From Methanobacteriota archaeon (GTDB taxonomy: Archaea; Halobacteriota; Bog-38; Methanoflorentales; Methanoflorentaceae): a stretch of DNA of 52,704 bases. A program made the translations under genes and the position numbers. The stretch spans positions 1 to 52,704 of the forward strand of contig CAVRAO010000010.1 in NCBI GenBank assembly GCA_963719035.1, given 5' to 3'. Of this stretch, positions 42,047 through 51,066 are shown piece after piece; the stretch's first letter is position 1, and each line of letters begins with the position of its first letter. The notes beneath the pieces are model-generated. The model had not been told where the DNA came from. It did no database searches and was given only the letters and a program-made list of their open reading frames with translations.

Positions 42047-43073
42047 TTATTTAACCTGTTTCATCAAGCCGAACAAAAGGGTGGTTACAAGTAAAGGCGC
42101 AGCAAATGCTAAAATTGCCCATACCCACGGAGCACCTGCTCGTTGGGCCGGACTTACTGAATGTGGATGCCGATGCCACGTTTGACGAAGATGCCGTAAC
42201 TTGAGGACTGGGGTGCGTGCCGTTCAACGTTGTAAATGTGACGTTTTTTGTCTTCAAATACTGGATGTATTCCCTCAACACCAGTACCTTTGTAGTGTTG
42301 ACGCCGTCTGCTGGGTGATTCTCTGCGAATTTCCAGTTGTGATATGCGACCACAATGTCATTGACGTGCGGGTCAGAAAGCAAGGGTTCAGTTTGGCGTG
42401 CTAAGGACTCGAAGGTGTCGTTTTCGCCAATGATTAGGAGTTGGGGCTTAAGCGTGAGACGTGCCCCGCTTGTGAGTGTAAACTCACCCTTGTATGAGCT
42501 GTAAACGGTAAAACCGAGCTCTGAGACCGCCGTTATGGTATTTTCGTCCCCGGCGTTATACGGTGGGATAAAGGTCGTCGGCGTAGCTCCAAACGCACCC
42601 TGCATTACGCTGCGACCCTCCTCTATGAGCCTGTATTGCTCATCGTACGGCATCCCTCGAAACTCGCTGGCTACTGGAATACCATACAGTTTGCTGTTGC
42701 TGCAATGTGCATACCCGTGTTGTGCGAACTCGAACAGGCCGCTCGATGAAAGGGACTGCAAGTATGTCACAAACGTTGCGGATGAGTCCTTGTTCGGAAC
42801 CTTTTGAGCACATTGGCTTTGAGCGTTCACCGGAAACGATTGGGCCGGTATCACGCCCAGTGTCACGGGGACACCCTCGTCAATGTGCACTTGGTTCACC
42901 GCTTTGAGCACGTCCAGCGACCCAGGTGTAACATCATCATCGCGGAACATCACGCGCTTGGCTTGCGCCCCGCTCGTCACCTGTGCGTTTGAGGTAGGGA
43001 GGGTTTGAAGCACGAGAGAAAGCACTAATACTATCGAGATAATCAGCAGTTGATGCTTGGCCCCCCCTTTCAT
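42047..43073 (-). CDS. Secreted DUF2334/CE4-like polysaccharide deacetylase, probably with a C-terminal TM anchor (frameshift near 42140)
   Basis: Signal peptide; FRDDD, TLGVIP, QHGYAH, SEF, FIPPYN. S/T linker, then a shifted frame APWVWAILAFAAPLLVTTLLFGLMKQVK*. Confidence 0.82.
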
Positions 43074-43366
43074 CTGAAAAACCCGTAGTGAGGCTCAGTG
43101 TTGCTCCTTATTATATGTTCCTTTGCATCTTCCCAGTTAACGTTTTTCCAGTTCAGCAGCTGGGATGCACGTGACGGGGCGCTACGAGCCCAGCTCTCAA
43201 GCGCGATGCATCAAGAAGCAGAAATACGTGCGTTGCGAGAGCGTTGTAATGACAAGCAGCTTTATGAATGGGCGCAGACAGATATGCTGGCCGCTGAGCA
43301 GCGTTGGAGACCAGAAAAGATGCGATCTTGCCTCGCTCGGGAGCAGCAGTCCAAAGAGGTGAAGGC

Positions 43367-44575
43367 TTGCACGTCTTAATTCCTTGCTATACGCGCGTAG
43401 AGTTAGAGACACTCGTACCTGTAGTGAGAGAACTGCCAAATGAGTGCGCGGTAACGGTGGTTGTCGATCCGCAGTATGAAGTGCTGGATCTGCTCGATGA
43501 GCTTCATAATCGCAAGATCTCCAAGACACCTATCGGATCAGTTCCCTTCGATGTGAGGAAGTTGCTAACCGAAAATCGCGTCTCCCTTGTTATTACCGCA
43601 CACGATGCATCTTTGATCGGGGCGTTGTTCTTGCTCGCAGCTAGAAAGGTTGGGGTCGCTTCGGTGTTCGTGCCACACGGTCCGCTGAGTACTGAGCGGG
43701 GCAAGATCACGGCGCTCAAACTCATCGGTGTGCACGTCAAGGGCATCTTAACATACGCCGCGCGATATGTCGCATCGGGATGCCTAGCAAGGGCGGCGCG
43801 AATCTGGACGAGAAAGTTCGTCTCGGGTCGGACGATCGACCGGTTGTGGGATATCGCTTGTGTAGCAGGACCGGCAAGCAAAGCGCTTTTTATGAGCAGT
43901 GGCATCCCTGAAGACGCGATAGTCGTCACCGGGCAGCCGCGCTATGATTCGTTCGCCAGTATTTGTACACCTCAGGAAAAAAACCCGGTTGTTGAGCATT
44001 TGGGGCTCGATAAGGACGCGCCGGTCGTTGCGGTGGCGACACAGCCGTTTGTGGAAGACGGTTTGTGGACGGCGGCCCAACGAACGCGTTTCCTTGAGCT
44101 CGTCGTTACGGCCGTGCTTGAGGCCGGCGGGCAGCCACTCATAAAACTACATCCAAGAGAGACGGGGGTATCTGTTTATCGCTCTCTTTTGTCCGAACTT
44201 ACCGACGCTCGGGTACCCATCGTGAAGGATGAGGTCAATTTGGCGACCCTGCTCACGGCGTGTGACGCTCTGCTCACTGTCCGTTCAACGATCGGTTTGG
44301 AAGCTATGATGTTGGGGTTGCCTGTCATCGTGTTCGAAGATGAAGGCGCGACTGGCCAGACCGACGCATTAGACTATGTTCAATATGGCGCCGCTATCGG
44401 CGTTTATAGCGAAAAAGATCTTGCCTCGACAATCGCGGCGGTGCTGTTTGACACCAACATGCGCGCTGACCTTGCAGAGGCGAGTAAGCATTATGTCTAT
44501 GATCACGCCTATCTGCAAGACGGGCTCGCGGCCACGCGAGTTGCGAGCGTCATTGCCTCACTGGTAAGGGGCTAG
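43367..44575 (+). CDS. GT-B fold transferase (TagF/KpsS-like motifs), candidate nonulosonate transferase
   Basis: GAGGTGA before the TTG at 43367. VPHG, TGQPRYD, IKLHPRE, STIGLEAMMLGLPV, DGLAATRV. Lies directly upstream of neuB. Confidence 0.7.
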   Translation: MHVLIPCYTRVELETLVPVVRELPNECAVTVVVDPQYEVLDLLDELHNRKISKTPIGSVPFDVRKLLTENRVSLVITAHDASLIGALFLLAARKVGVASVFVPHGPLSTERGKITALKLIGVHVKGILTYAARYVASGCLARAARIWTRKFVSGRTIDRLWDIACVAGPASKALFMSSGIPEDAIVVTGQPRYDSFASICTPQEKNPVVEHLGLDKDAPVVAVATQPFVEDGLWTAAQRTRFLELVVTAVLEAGGQPLIKLHPRETGVSVYRSLLSELTDARVPIVKDEVNLATLLTACDALLTVRSTIGLEAMMLGLPVIVFEDEGATGQTDALDYVQYGAAIGVYSEKDLASTIAAVLFDTNMRADLAEASKHYVYDHAYLQDGLAATRVASVIASLVRG

Positions 44576-44864
44576 GAACATGAAAAAAAGTGGTCCTGTT
44601 GATCATTTGCCCGAAAGTGCGCAATTACGGTCACGTTCTTTCGTGGTTGCGCTATAAACGCGACGAATTCTGGCGGATACATGATTTCTTATAGGGCTGG
44701 TTTGAAAGTAGTAAAGTAGCTCTCCAGCGCATTACACTTTAGTGCGCGCTGGGTTTAACGGCTTAGATCACGCAAAAATGGAATGGGCTGCGAGCGTCGA
44801 TGCGTGCCATTATGAGGTCGTCGCGACTGGCGTCCTCAGGCGCGACGCTGTGGGCGGGTGCATA

Positions 44865-45917
44865 GTGCAGACGGTAAAGGTGGGTGATAAGGCGATCGGG
44901 GATGGAGAGCCCTGTTTTGTTATCGCTGAGGCAGGCGTCAATCATAACGGGAGTTTCGAGCTCGCAAAGAGACTCATCGACGTAGCTGTAAAGGCAGACG
45001 CGGACGCCGTCAAGTTCCAAACGTTTCGAGCCGATGCGATAGCGACCCCCGAAGCGCCAAAGGCCATTTATCAAAAAGAAACTACTGGCGATGACCCACA
45101 GCTTTCAATGTTAAGGGCGCTGGAACTTACGTCGGAAGACTTCAAAGGGTTATATCACTACGCAAATGAGGTCGGAATAATCTTTCTATCGTCGCCATTC
45201 GATTTGGCAAGCGTTGATCTCCTCAGAGAACTTGGCGTTTCGGCGTACAAAATTGGATCAGGAGAGCTAACGAACCGACCGTTGCTCTTGCACGTCGCAG
45301 AACAGAAGAAGCCAATCATCCTATCGACGGGTATGTGTTCATTAGACGAGGTGCGCGACGCGGTCCACGCACTAAGGAGCCATAATGTGTCTGACCTGAT
45401 CCTCCTGCACTGCGTGTCAGAATATCCTGCCCGCGCCGAGCATGCCAACTTGCGGGTGATTGCGACGTTAAAACGAGCGTTCGATGTACCTGTCGGATTC
45501 TCCGATCACACAGCCGGGATCGTGGTACCTATTGCAGCGGCCGCTGTGGGGGCTAACGTTATCGAAAAACATGTTACCATCAGCAGATCTCTTCCAGGTC
45601 CCGACCAGCACGCGTCGTTAGAGCCTCACGAACTCCAGCAGATGGTCCAGTCTATTAGGATTGTCGAGAAGGCCCTCGGTGACGGCACAAAATGCCCCAC
45701 AAGAGGTGAAGTCCGCATGAAGGTGTTCGTGAGACAGACGCTAGTGGCCGAAACCGAAATCGCACAGGGAACTGTTATACAAAAGGAAATGCTCACCTCC
45801 AAACGTACGGGCGATGCGCTTGGGATTACACCTGCGGACATCGACCGCTTTATCGGTAAGAAAGCGACACAGCAAATCAAGAAGGGAAAGGCAGTCACAT
45901 GGCAAATGGTCGAGTGA
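44865..45917 (+). CDS. neuB: Nonulosonic acid synthase (NeuB/LegI family) with SAF domain
   Basis: IAEAGVNHNG, DAVKFQTF, KIGSGE, ILSTGM, LHCVSEYP, GFSDHT, IEKH, GPDQ.ASLEP. Confidence 0.93.
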   Translation: MQTVKVGDKAIGDGEPCFVIAEAGVNHNGSFELAKRLIDVAVKADADAVKFQTFRADAIATPEAPKAIYQKETTGDDPQLSMLRALELTSEDFKGLYHYANEVGIIFLSSPFDLASVDLLRELGVSAYKIGSGELTNRPLLLHVAEQKKPIILSTGMCSLDEVRDAVHALRSHNVSDLILLHCVSEYPARAEHANLRVIATLKRAFDVPVGFSDHTAGIVVPIAAAAVGANVIEKHVTISRSLPGPDQHASLEPHELQQMVQSIRIVEKALGDGTKCPTRGEVRMKVFVRQTLVAETEIAQGTVIQKEMLTSKRTGDALGITPADIDRFIGKKATQQIKKGKAVTWQMVE

Positions 45918-47056
45918 GAAAGATACTATACGTGACTGGAACTCGAGCGGATTATGGATTGATGAAACAGACACTCGACGCAATTGAAAGTATCCCCTCC
46001 CTCGCGCTGGATATCGTCGCAAGTGGTATGCACGTGATGCCGGAGTTCGGGATGACTGTTGATGAAGTCATCGCTGATCACCCGAGCGTTCACGTCTTCA
46101 ACGCCGATTACTCGACAGATGACCGGGAATCAGCGGCTTTGTTTGCTGGCGCTTTTATCATGGAGCTTACAAAGACGATCAAAGAGACGAACGCAGACGT
46201 CGTCCTCCTTTTGGGAGATCGTGCGGAAATGCTCGCAGGGGCCGTGGCAGCAACGTATCTTGGTGTGCCAATCGCTCACGTGCATGGCGGTGATGTGAGC
46301 GCTACTGTCGATGAGCACGTCCGCCACGCGATCACGAAATTAGCGCACATCCACTTTCCAGCCACACAAAAAAGTGCCCAAAGGCTCATCAAAATGGGGG
46401 AGGAGGCGTGGAGAGTTCACCACGTCGGCTCTCCGGCCGTTGACGCGATCCGCAATGAGCGGTTTATCGATCCGAACGAAATCGCCCGCTTGTATGACTT
46501 GGATCTGTCGAAACCCATCATACTGGTAGTTCAACATCCTGTGTCCGGTGAAGTGGATGACGCGCCCTTGCAGATGGGTGCCACCCTCGACGCAATTGCC
46601 CAGCTCAAGCACCAAACCATCGTGATCTTTCCCAATGCGGATGCCGGCGGTAGGGCTATGATACGCGTTCTCGAACAATACCGTTCATACGCGTTTTTAC
46701 AAATATTTGAGACCGTTCCGCGCACACACTACCTCGGTCTGATGAACGTTGTGAGCGTGCTTGTCGGGAATTCAAGCAGTGGCATCATTGAGTCACCGCT
46801 CTTTCATCTCCCTGTGGTTAATATTGGAACAAGACAGCGCGGGCGCGAGTGCGCGAGTAACGTTATTAACGTTGCCTATGATACACGTCAGATCGTCGCG
46901 GCGATTAAAACCGTACTTGAAGACGCGATGTTTAGAGAACTGGTAAACCACTGCAAAAATCCATACGGCGACGGAACAGCAAGCGCGCGAATCGCAGATG
47001 TATTGCGCGAAGTTGAAATTGATGCGAGACTGCTCCAAAAGCGCATGACATATTGA
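45914..47056 (+). CDS. neuC: Hydrolysing UDP-sugar 2-epimerase (NeuC/LegG family)
   Basis: VTGTRADYG, LGDRAE, HVHGGD, RHAITKLAH, PNADAG, GNSSSG, GTRQRGR, YGDG. The GTG overlaps the neuB TGA. Confidence 0.93.
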   Translation: MRKILYVTGTRADYGLMKQTLDAIESIPSLALDIVASGMHVMPEFGMTVDEVIADHPSVHVFNADYSTDDRESAALFAGAFIMELTKTIKETNADVVLLLGDRAEMLAGAVAATYLGVPIAHVHGGDVSATVDEHVRHAITKLAHIHFPATQKSAQRLIKMGEEAWRVHHVGSPAVDAIRNERFIDPNEIARLYDLDLSKPIILVVQHPVSGEVDDAPLQMGATLDAIAQLKHQTIVIFPNADAGGRAMIRVLEQYRSYAFLQIFETVPRTHYLGLMNVVSVLVGNSSSGIIESPLFHLPVVNIGTRQRGRECASNVINVAYDTRQIVAAIKTVLEDAMFRELVNHCKNPYGDGTASARIADVLREVEIDARLLQKRMTY

Positions 47057-47490
47057 CACGTCGGGAGAGGGAATTGACGAGGTTTAGCCGCTGGGAACCA
47101 CCAGTTATTAAGGAAGGAAAGCCAACGATCTACAACTGGATCGTTCGATGGATATCGGGGTTTGAGCTCGGACACCAAACCGATATCGGGGCCTTTACCT
47201 ACATCAACGCAAAAAAGGGGGTTATTCTGGAGGATCACGTGCAAATCGGTTCGCATTGCTCGGTGTACTCGATTTCCACTATAGACAACAAGAGTGGAAG
47301 AGTCGTGCTGAAACGAAACTGCAAGATCGGCAGCCACTCGGTCATCATGCCCGGCGTTACTGTCGGACGAAATTCGATTGTTGGAGCATTTAGCCTTGTG
47401 AATCGAGACATACCAGACGACGTGCTTGCCTATGGCGTTCCGGTGCGAATCATACGAGACCTGACGGTCGACGAGATAGCGGACGGGTGA
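47053..47490 (+). CDS. Hexapeptide-repeat (LbH) acetyltransferase
   Basis: IGAFTYI, IGSHCSV, IGSHSVIMPGVTVGRNSIVGAFSLV, GVPVR. Coupled to neuC and the aminotransferase. Confidence 0.9.
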   Translation: MTRRERELTRFSRWEPPVIKEGKPTIYNWIVRWISGFELGHQTDIGAFTYINAKKGVILEDHVQIGSHCSVYSISTIDNKSGRVVLKRNCKIGSHSVIMPGVTVGRNSIVGAFSLVNRDIPDDVLAYGVPVRIIRDLTVDEIADG

Positions 47491-48653
47491 TTCTGATGAC
47501 AAAGCGCGTACCGCTTTTTAAGATCTACTGGGACGATACAGACGTTCAGCGCGTGACTGAAGCCATTACATCAGGCAGCAACTGGGCGATAGGGGCTGAG
47601 GTCCAAGAATTTGAGCAAGCGCTCGCGCGCTATACAAACAACCGGTTCTGTGTCACATTTAATTCAGGGACGTCAGGGCTACACGCCGCCCTCTTGGCCC
47701 ACGGCGTTGGAGAAGGCGACGAGGTGATTGTGCCATCTTTCACGTTCATCGCCACAGCCAATGCTCCACTTTTTGTCGGGGCACGCCCAGTCTTCGCCGA
47801 TATTGAAGAAGACACATATGGGCTTGCCGCCGCCGATGTCCAGGGAAAAATTACGTCAAGGACAAAGGCAATAATACCCGCCCACTATGGGGGGTGCCCC
47901 TGCAGAATACGGGAACTAAGGGAGCTCGCAGATGACCACGGCTTGTTGCTCATTGAAGACGTAGCGGAATCGCTTGGCGCCACCGTAGACGGACAGCCCG
48001 TCGGGACATTTGGCGCCGCTGGCATCTTGAGCTTCTGTCAAAACAAGATCATCACTACAGGCGAAGGCGGCGCGGTCGTCACGAACTCGCTGCCCGTTTA
48101 TGAACGGCTTAAACTGATTCGGTCACACGGAAGGGTTGAGAATGACAACTACTTCTATTCGAATGAGCGTATGGATTACGTGACGCTCGGGTACAACTTT
48201 AGAATGTCGAACATATCAGCTGCGCTTGGAATCGCCCAACTCGAGAAAGTCGATAAGCTGATCGACTTACGGCGAGCGAATGCGAGTGTGCTCACTGCTA
48301 AGCTACGAAGCGACGCGCCCGACGTGATTCCGCCGAACCCACCGAAGGGGTACCATCACGTTTATCAAATGTACACCGTCGAAGCGCCACACAGAGATAA
48401 CTTAATGCGTTTTTTGGCCGAAAGGGGCATCGCAGCGAAGGTGTATTTCGAACCCGTTCACTTGACACACTTTTATAAGCAGGTCCTTAATTACTCCGAC
48501 ATGCTTCAGACAACTGAGGACGTGGCACAGCGCGTCGTGACATTGCCGATGTATCCCAGTCTCGGAAACGAAGATATCGGCTTTATAGTCGATGAGATCA
48601 AACATTTCTACGAGTTGCAGGGAGACGATGACGGAGCTAAACACGTTTTATAA
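47487..48653 (+). CDS. DegT/DnrJ/EryC1/StrS sugar aminotransferase (PglE/LegC role inferred)
   Basis: NSGTSGLH, PSFTFIATAN, EDVAESLG, SFCQNKIITTGEGG, GYNFRM, TLPMYP. Confidence 0.93.
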   Translation: MILMTKRVPLFKIYWDDTDVQRVTEAITSGSNWAIGAEVQEFEQALARYTNNRFCVTFNSGTSGLHAALLAHGVGEGDEVIVPSFTFIATANAPLFVGARPVFADIEEDTYGLAAADVQGKITSRTKAIIPAHYGGCPCRIRELRELADDHGLLLIEDVAESLGATVDGQPVGTFGAAGILSFCQNKIITTGEGGAVVTNSLPVYERLKLIRSHGRVENDNYFYSNERMDYVTLGYNFRMSNISAALGIAQLEKVDKLIDLRRANASVLTAKLRSDAPDVIPPNPPKGYHHVYQMYTVEAPHRDNLMRFLAERGIAAKVYFEPVHLTHFYKQVLNYSDMLQTTEDVAQRVVTLPMYPSLGNEDIGFIVDEIKHFYELQGDDDGAKHVL

Positions 48654-49626
48654 GGACAAGGCCATCCTTGTCACCGGCGGCTGCGGTTCTATCGGAAGCA
48701 ATCTGGTGCGGCGCCTCCTCGAATTTGACCCACGAGTCATTCGGATCTTTGACAATAATGAAGCGGGGCTTTATGAGCTCGAGCAGGACTTACAGTCAAA
48801 TAAGATCCGTCCACTCATCGGTGATTTGAGAAGCAAGCGTAGGCTGAAAAGAGCTGTAGAAGGCGTTGATATACTTTTTCACGCAGCCGCGTTGAAACAC
48901 GTGCCACTTTGCGAGTACAATGCTTTTGAAGCGGTGCAGACTAACGTCAATGGCACGCAGAATGTCATAGATGCCGCCCTCGATCACGAAATTGATAGGT
49001 TCATGTTGATTAGCACCGACAAGGCTGTGAACCCCAGAAATGTTATGGGTGCGACGAAACTATTGGCTGAGCGCCTGACGGTGTCCGCAAACTTCTATAA
49101 GGGTAGCAGGAAGACCGCGTTCTCGTGTGTGCGCTTTGGCAACGTGCTTAACTCACGCGGTTCGGTCGTCCCTCTTTTTGCCAAACAGATAAGAGAACAT
49201 CGCTGCATTACCATAACAGACACATCGATGACGCGCTTCGTCATGAGCGTATCACAAGCGGTCGAACTCATACTTAAAGCAACGATGCGCATGCGGGGCG
49301 GGGAAATCTTCGTCCTCAAGATGCCAGCGGTCAATATTACCGATCTGGCACGGGCGGTCATAGAAGAGCTCGGGCCGAGCTGCGGGGTCGCACCAGAAGA
49401 CGTCGCAATAAAGTGCGTGGGGAAGAGGCCCGGGGAGAAGATGCACGAAGAGCTTATGACTGACGATGAAGCAGAATACGCGACAGAGATGAACGGTCTT
49501 TACGTGATCGAATTAGGCAACCCTAACGCGCAGACTGAAGGTTCAAAAGCAAACTACACGTCGTACTTTAGCACCCGTCTTTCCGAAGACGAGATTAGGA
49601 AAATCCTAAGGGAGCCTTTTTCGTAA
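48628..49626 (+). CDS. UDP-GlcNAc 4,6-dehydratase (CapD/PglF-like catalytic domain)
   Basis: TGGCGSIG, HAAALKHVP, ISTDKA, NVMGATK, VRFGNV.NSRGSV, MTRF, RPGEKMHEEL. Confidence 0.93.
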   Translation: MTELNTFYKDKAILVTGGCGSIGSNLVRRLLEFDPRVIRIFDNNEAGLYELEQDLQSNKIRPLIGDLRSKRRLKRAVEGVDILFHAAALKHVPLCEYNAFEAVQTNVNGTQNVIDAALDHEIDRFMLISTDKAVNPRNVMGATKLLAERLTVSANFYKGSRKTAFSCVRFGNVLNSRGSVVPLFAKQIREHRCITITDTSMTRFVMSVSQAVELILKATMRMRGGEIFVLKMPAVNITDLARAVIEELGPSCGVAPEDVAIKCVGKRPGEKMHEELMTDDEAEYATEMNGLYVIELGNPNAQTEGSKANYTSYFSTRLSEDEIRKILREPFS

Positions 49627-49849
49627 AGCGTCTCCACGCAATCAGTTCGTGTCTCATATATCGCACGGTCCAATCTGTGCTTAAATGAGGTATCGGATCG
49701 CAAGCGATGGTGGACGGGCGAGATGCGGAGATTATGCTGCGCCTGCTGTTGTGTGCACAACAACGGTGCACCGGTCTGCATCTGTAGCGTTAAAGCCCCC
49801 TTTAGCCGCTTTACGATCTCAAGAGTGGCGTGCTGCTAGTCTCACAGCG

Positions 49850-50662
49850 TCAAACCGTTGAATAGATATCTCGCTTTATTGTCTCTATTTGTTTCTCGTT
49901 TTCCGCGTAAACGCGATCGATTTGCGCCTTGAGCTCGGTTGCCATCTCTCTCTGAATACAGTTCGCGTTGAGTTTTGCGAGCTCCGGGCGTTCACCGAGA
50001 TAGTCCATGACATCGTACAAATCTAACACAGTGTTGAAAGGCACGTGCGAGTAGATGTTGCTGATGAGCTCATAGTCCTCCTCATAATCCAACGTAAGCC
50101 GCAAATCAGGCCTGTTGAGTTTGTCTCTGACCGTGACGGTCTTTATGCTGAAGATTTCAGGTTTGTTCAATAGATACGCCCAGAATTCTGAGTCAGCGGT
50201 AGGCTTTAAGCGATCGATGATCTCGAATGCGTTCACTCGCACTCCGTACGTAGCCACACCCAACGGCAGTCCTTCCAGCTTAATAAAATCGTAGCATCCT
50301 CTCTTGGCTTCATTCGCGATGACGTTCGAGTAATGGATTGTGAGAAGCGGGTTGTCGGCGGTGATCGCTAAGAAATAGTCCAAGTCGAAGAATTTTGCTG
50401 CTTGAAGTAACCGTCGTACAACGTCGGTTTCATCGCCGACAAAGTAATACGCACCGTTGTTCAGTGCCGCATCTATGAGCGGTCTGTCTTGCGGGTTCGT
50501 TGAGGTGCACAGAATAACGTCTGATAAATATTTAACCTCCTTCGCCCTCTCGATGACCCGATCGATGACAGTCTTTCCCCGCAACGGTTTAAGAAGTTTA
50601 AGCGGCAATCGTTTTGATTTCAGCCGCGCCGTAACCAAGAAACCGATCCGCACGTCGATCAC
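49850..50662 (-). CDS. SpsF/KdsB-like cytidylyltransferase (CMP-nonulosonate synthetase role inferred)
   Basis: TARLKSKRLPLK, GDETDVVRR, ITADNPL, RLTLDYEEDY. Confidence 0.88.
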   Translation of the reverse strand: MIDVRIGFLVTARLKSKRLPLKLLKPLRGKTVIDRVIERAKEVKYLSDVILCTSTNPQDRPLIDAALNNGAYYFVGDETDVVRRLLQAAKFFDLDYFLAITADNPLLTIHYSNVIANEAKRGCYDFIKLEGLPLGVATYGVRVNAFEIIDRLKPTADSEFWAYLLNKPEIFSIKTVTVRDKLNRPDLRLTLDYEEDYELISNIYSHVPFNTVLDLYDVMDYLGERPELAKLNANCIQREMATELKAQIDRVYAENEKQIETIKRDIYSTV

Positions 50663-51066
50663 TCTCTCGCGTTTGTGGATGTGTAGTCTCTAATATGGAG
50701 CTTCATGCGGTCCCTCCGAATTGCTTGTATTGCCACGCATTTGATATCCCGCCTCTCTTTTCACGCGAAAAACCAGCGGTCAGTGCCTACGGTTACTCCC
50801 TCTTATATATTTCTTTCAATTCGTAGTGAGCGAGCTGCGAGTAGCGCTTGAGCTTCAATATCTGCTCCATGGGTATGTGGGGGGGTTTTGCGCGTTCGCG
50901 ATATCTGCAACTGCAGCGCGCGAGCAGGCCCATTACGGGTAAGGGTTGGAACGTCAATCGCGATTTGACTTGATCGTGTGTTGTTGTTCTTCAAACATCC
51001 AACGACCTTCAACCACCGCTTGAGACGCCTTTCGAAGTAAAGCGCGCGAATCTTGAAAGGGTCGCC

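Noticed and set aside
43098-43379. 93-aa ORF between the deacetylase and the candidate transferase
   Set aside because: No RBS or recognisable domain; it occupies the divergent promoter region.
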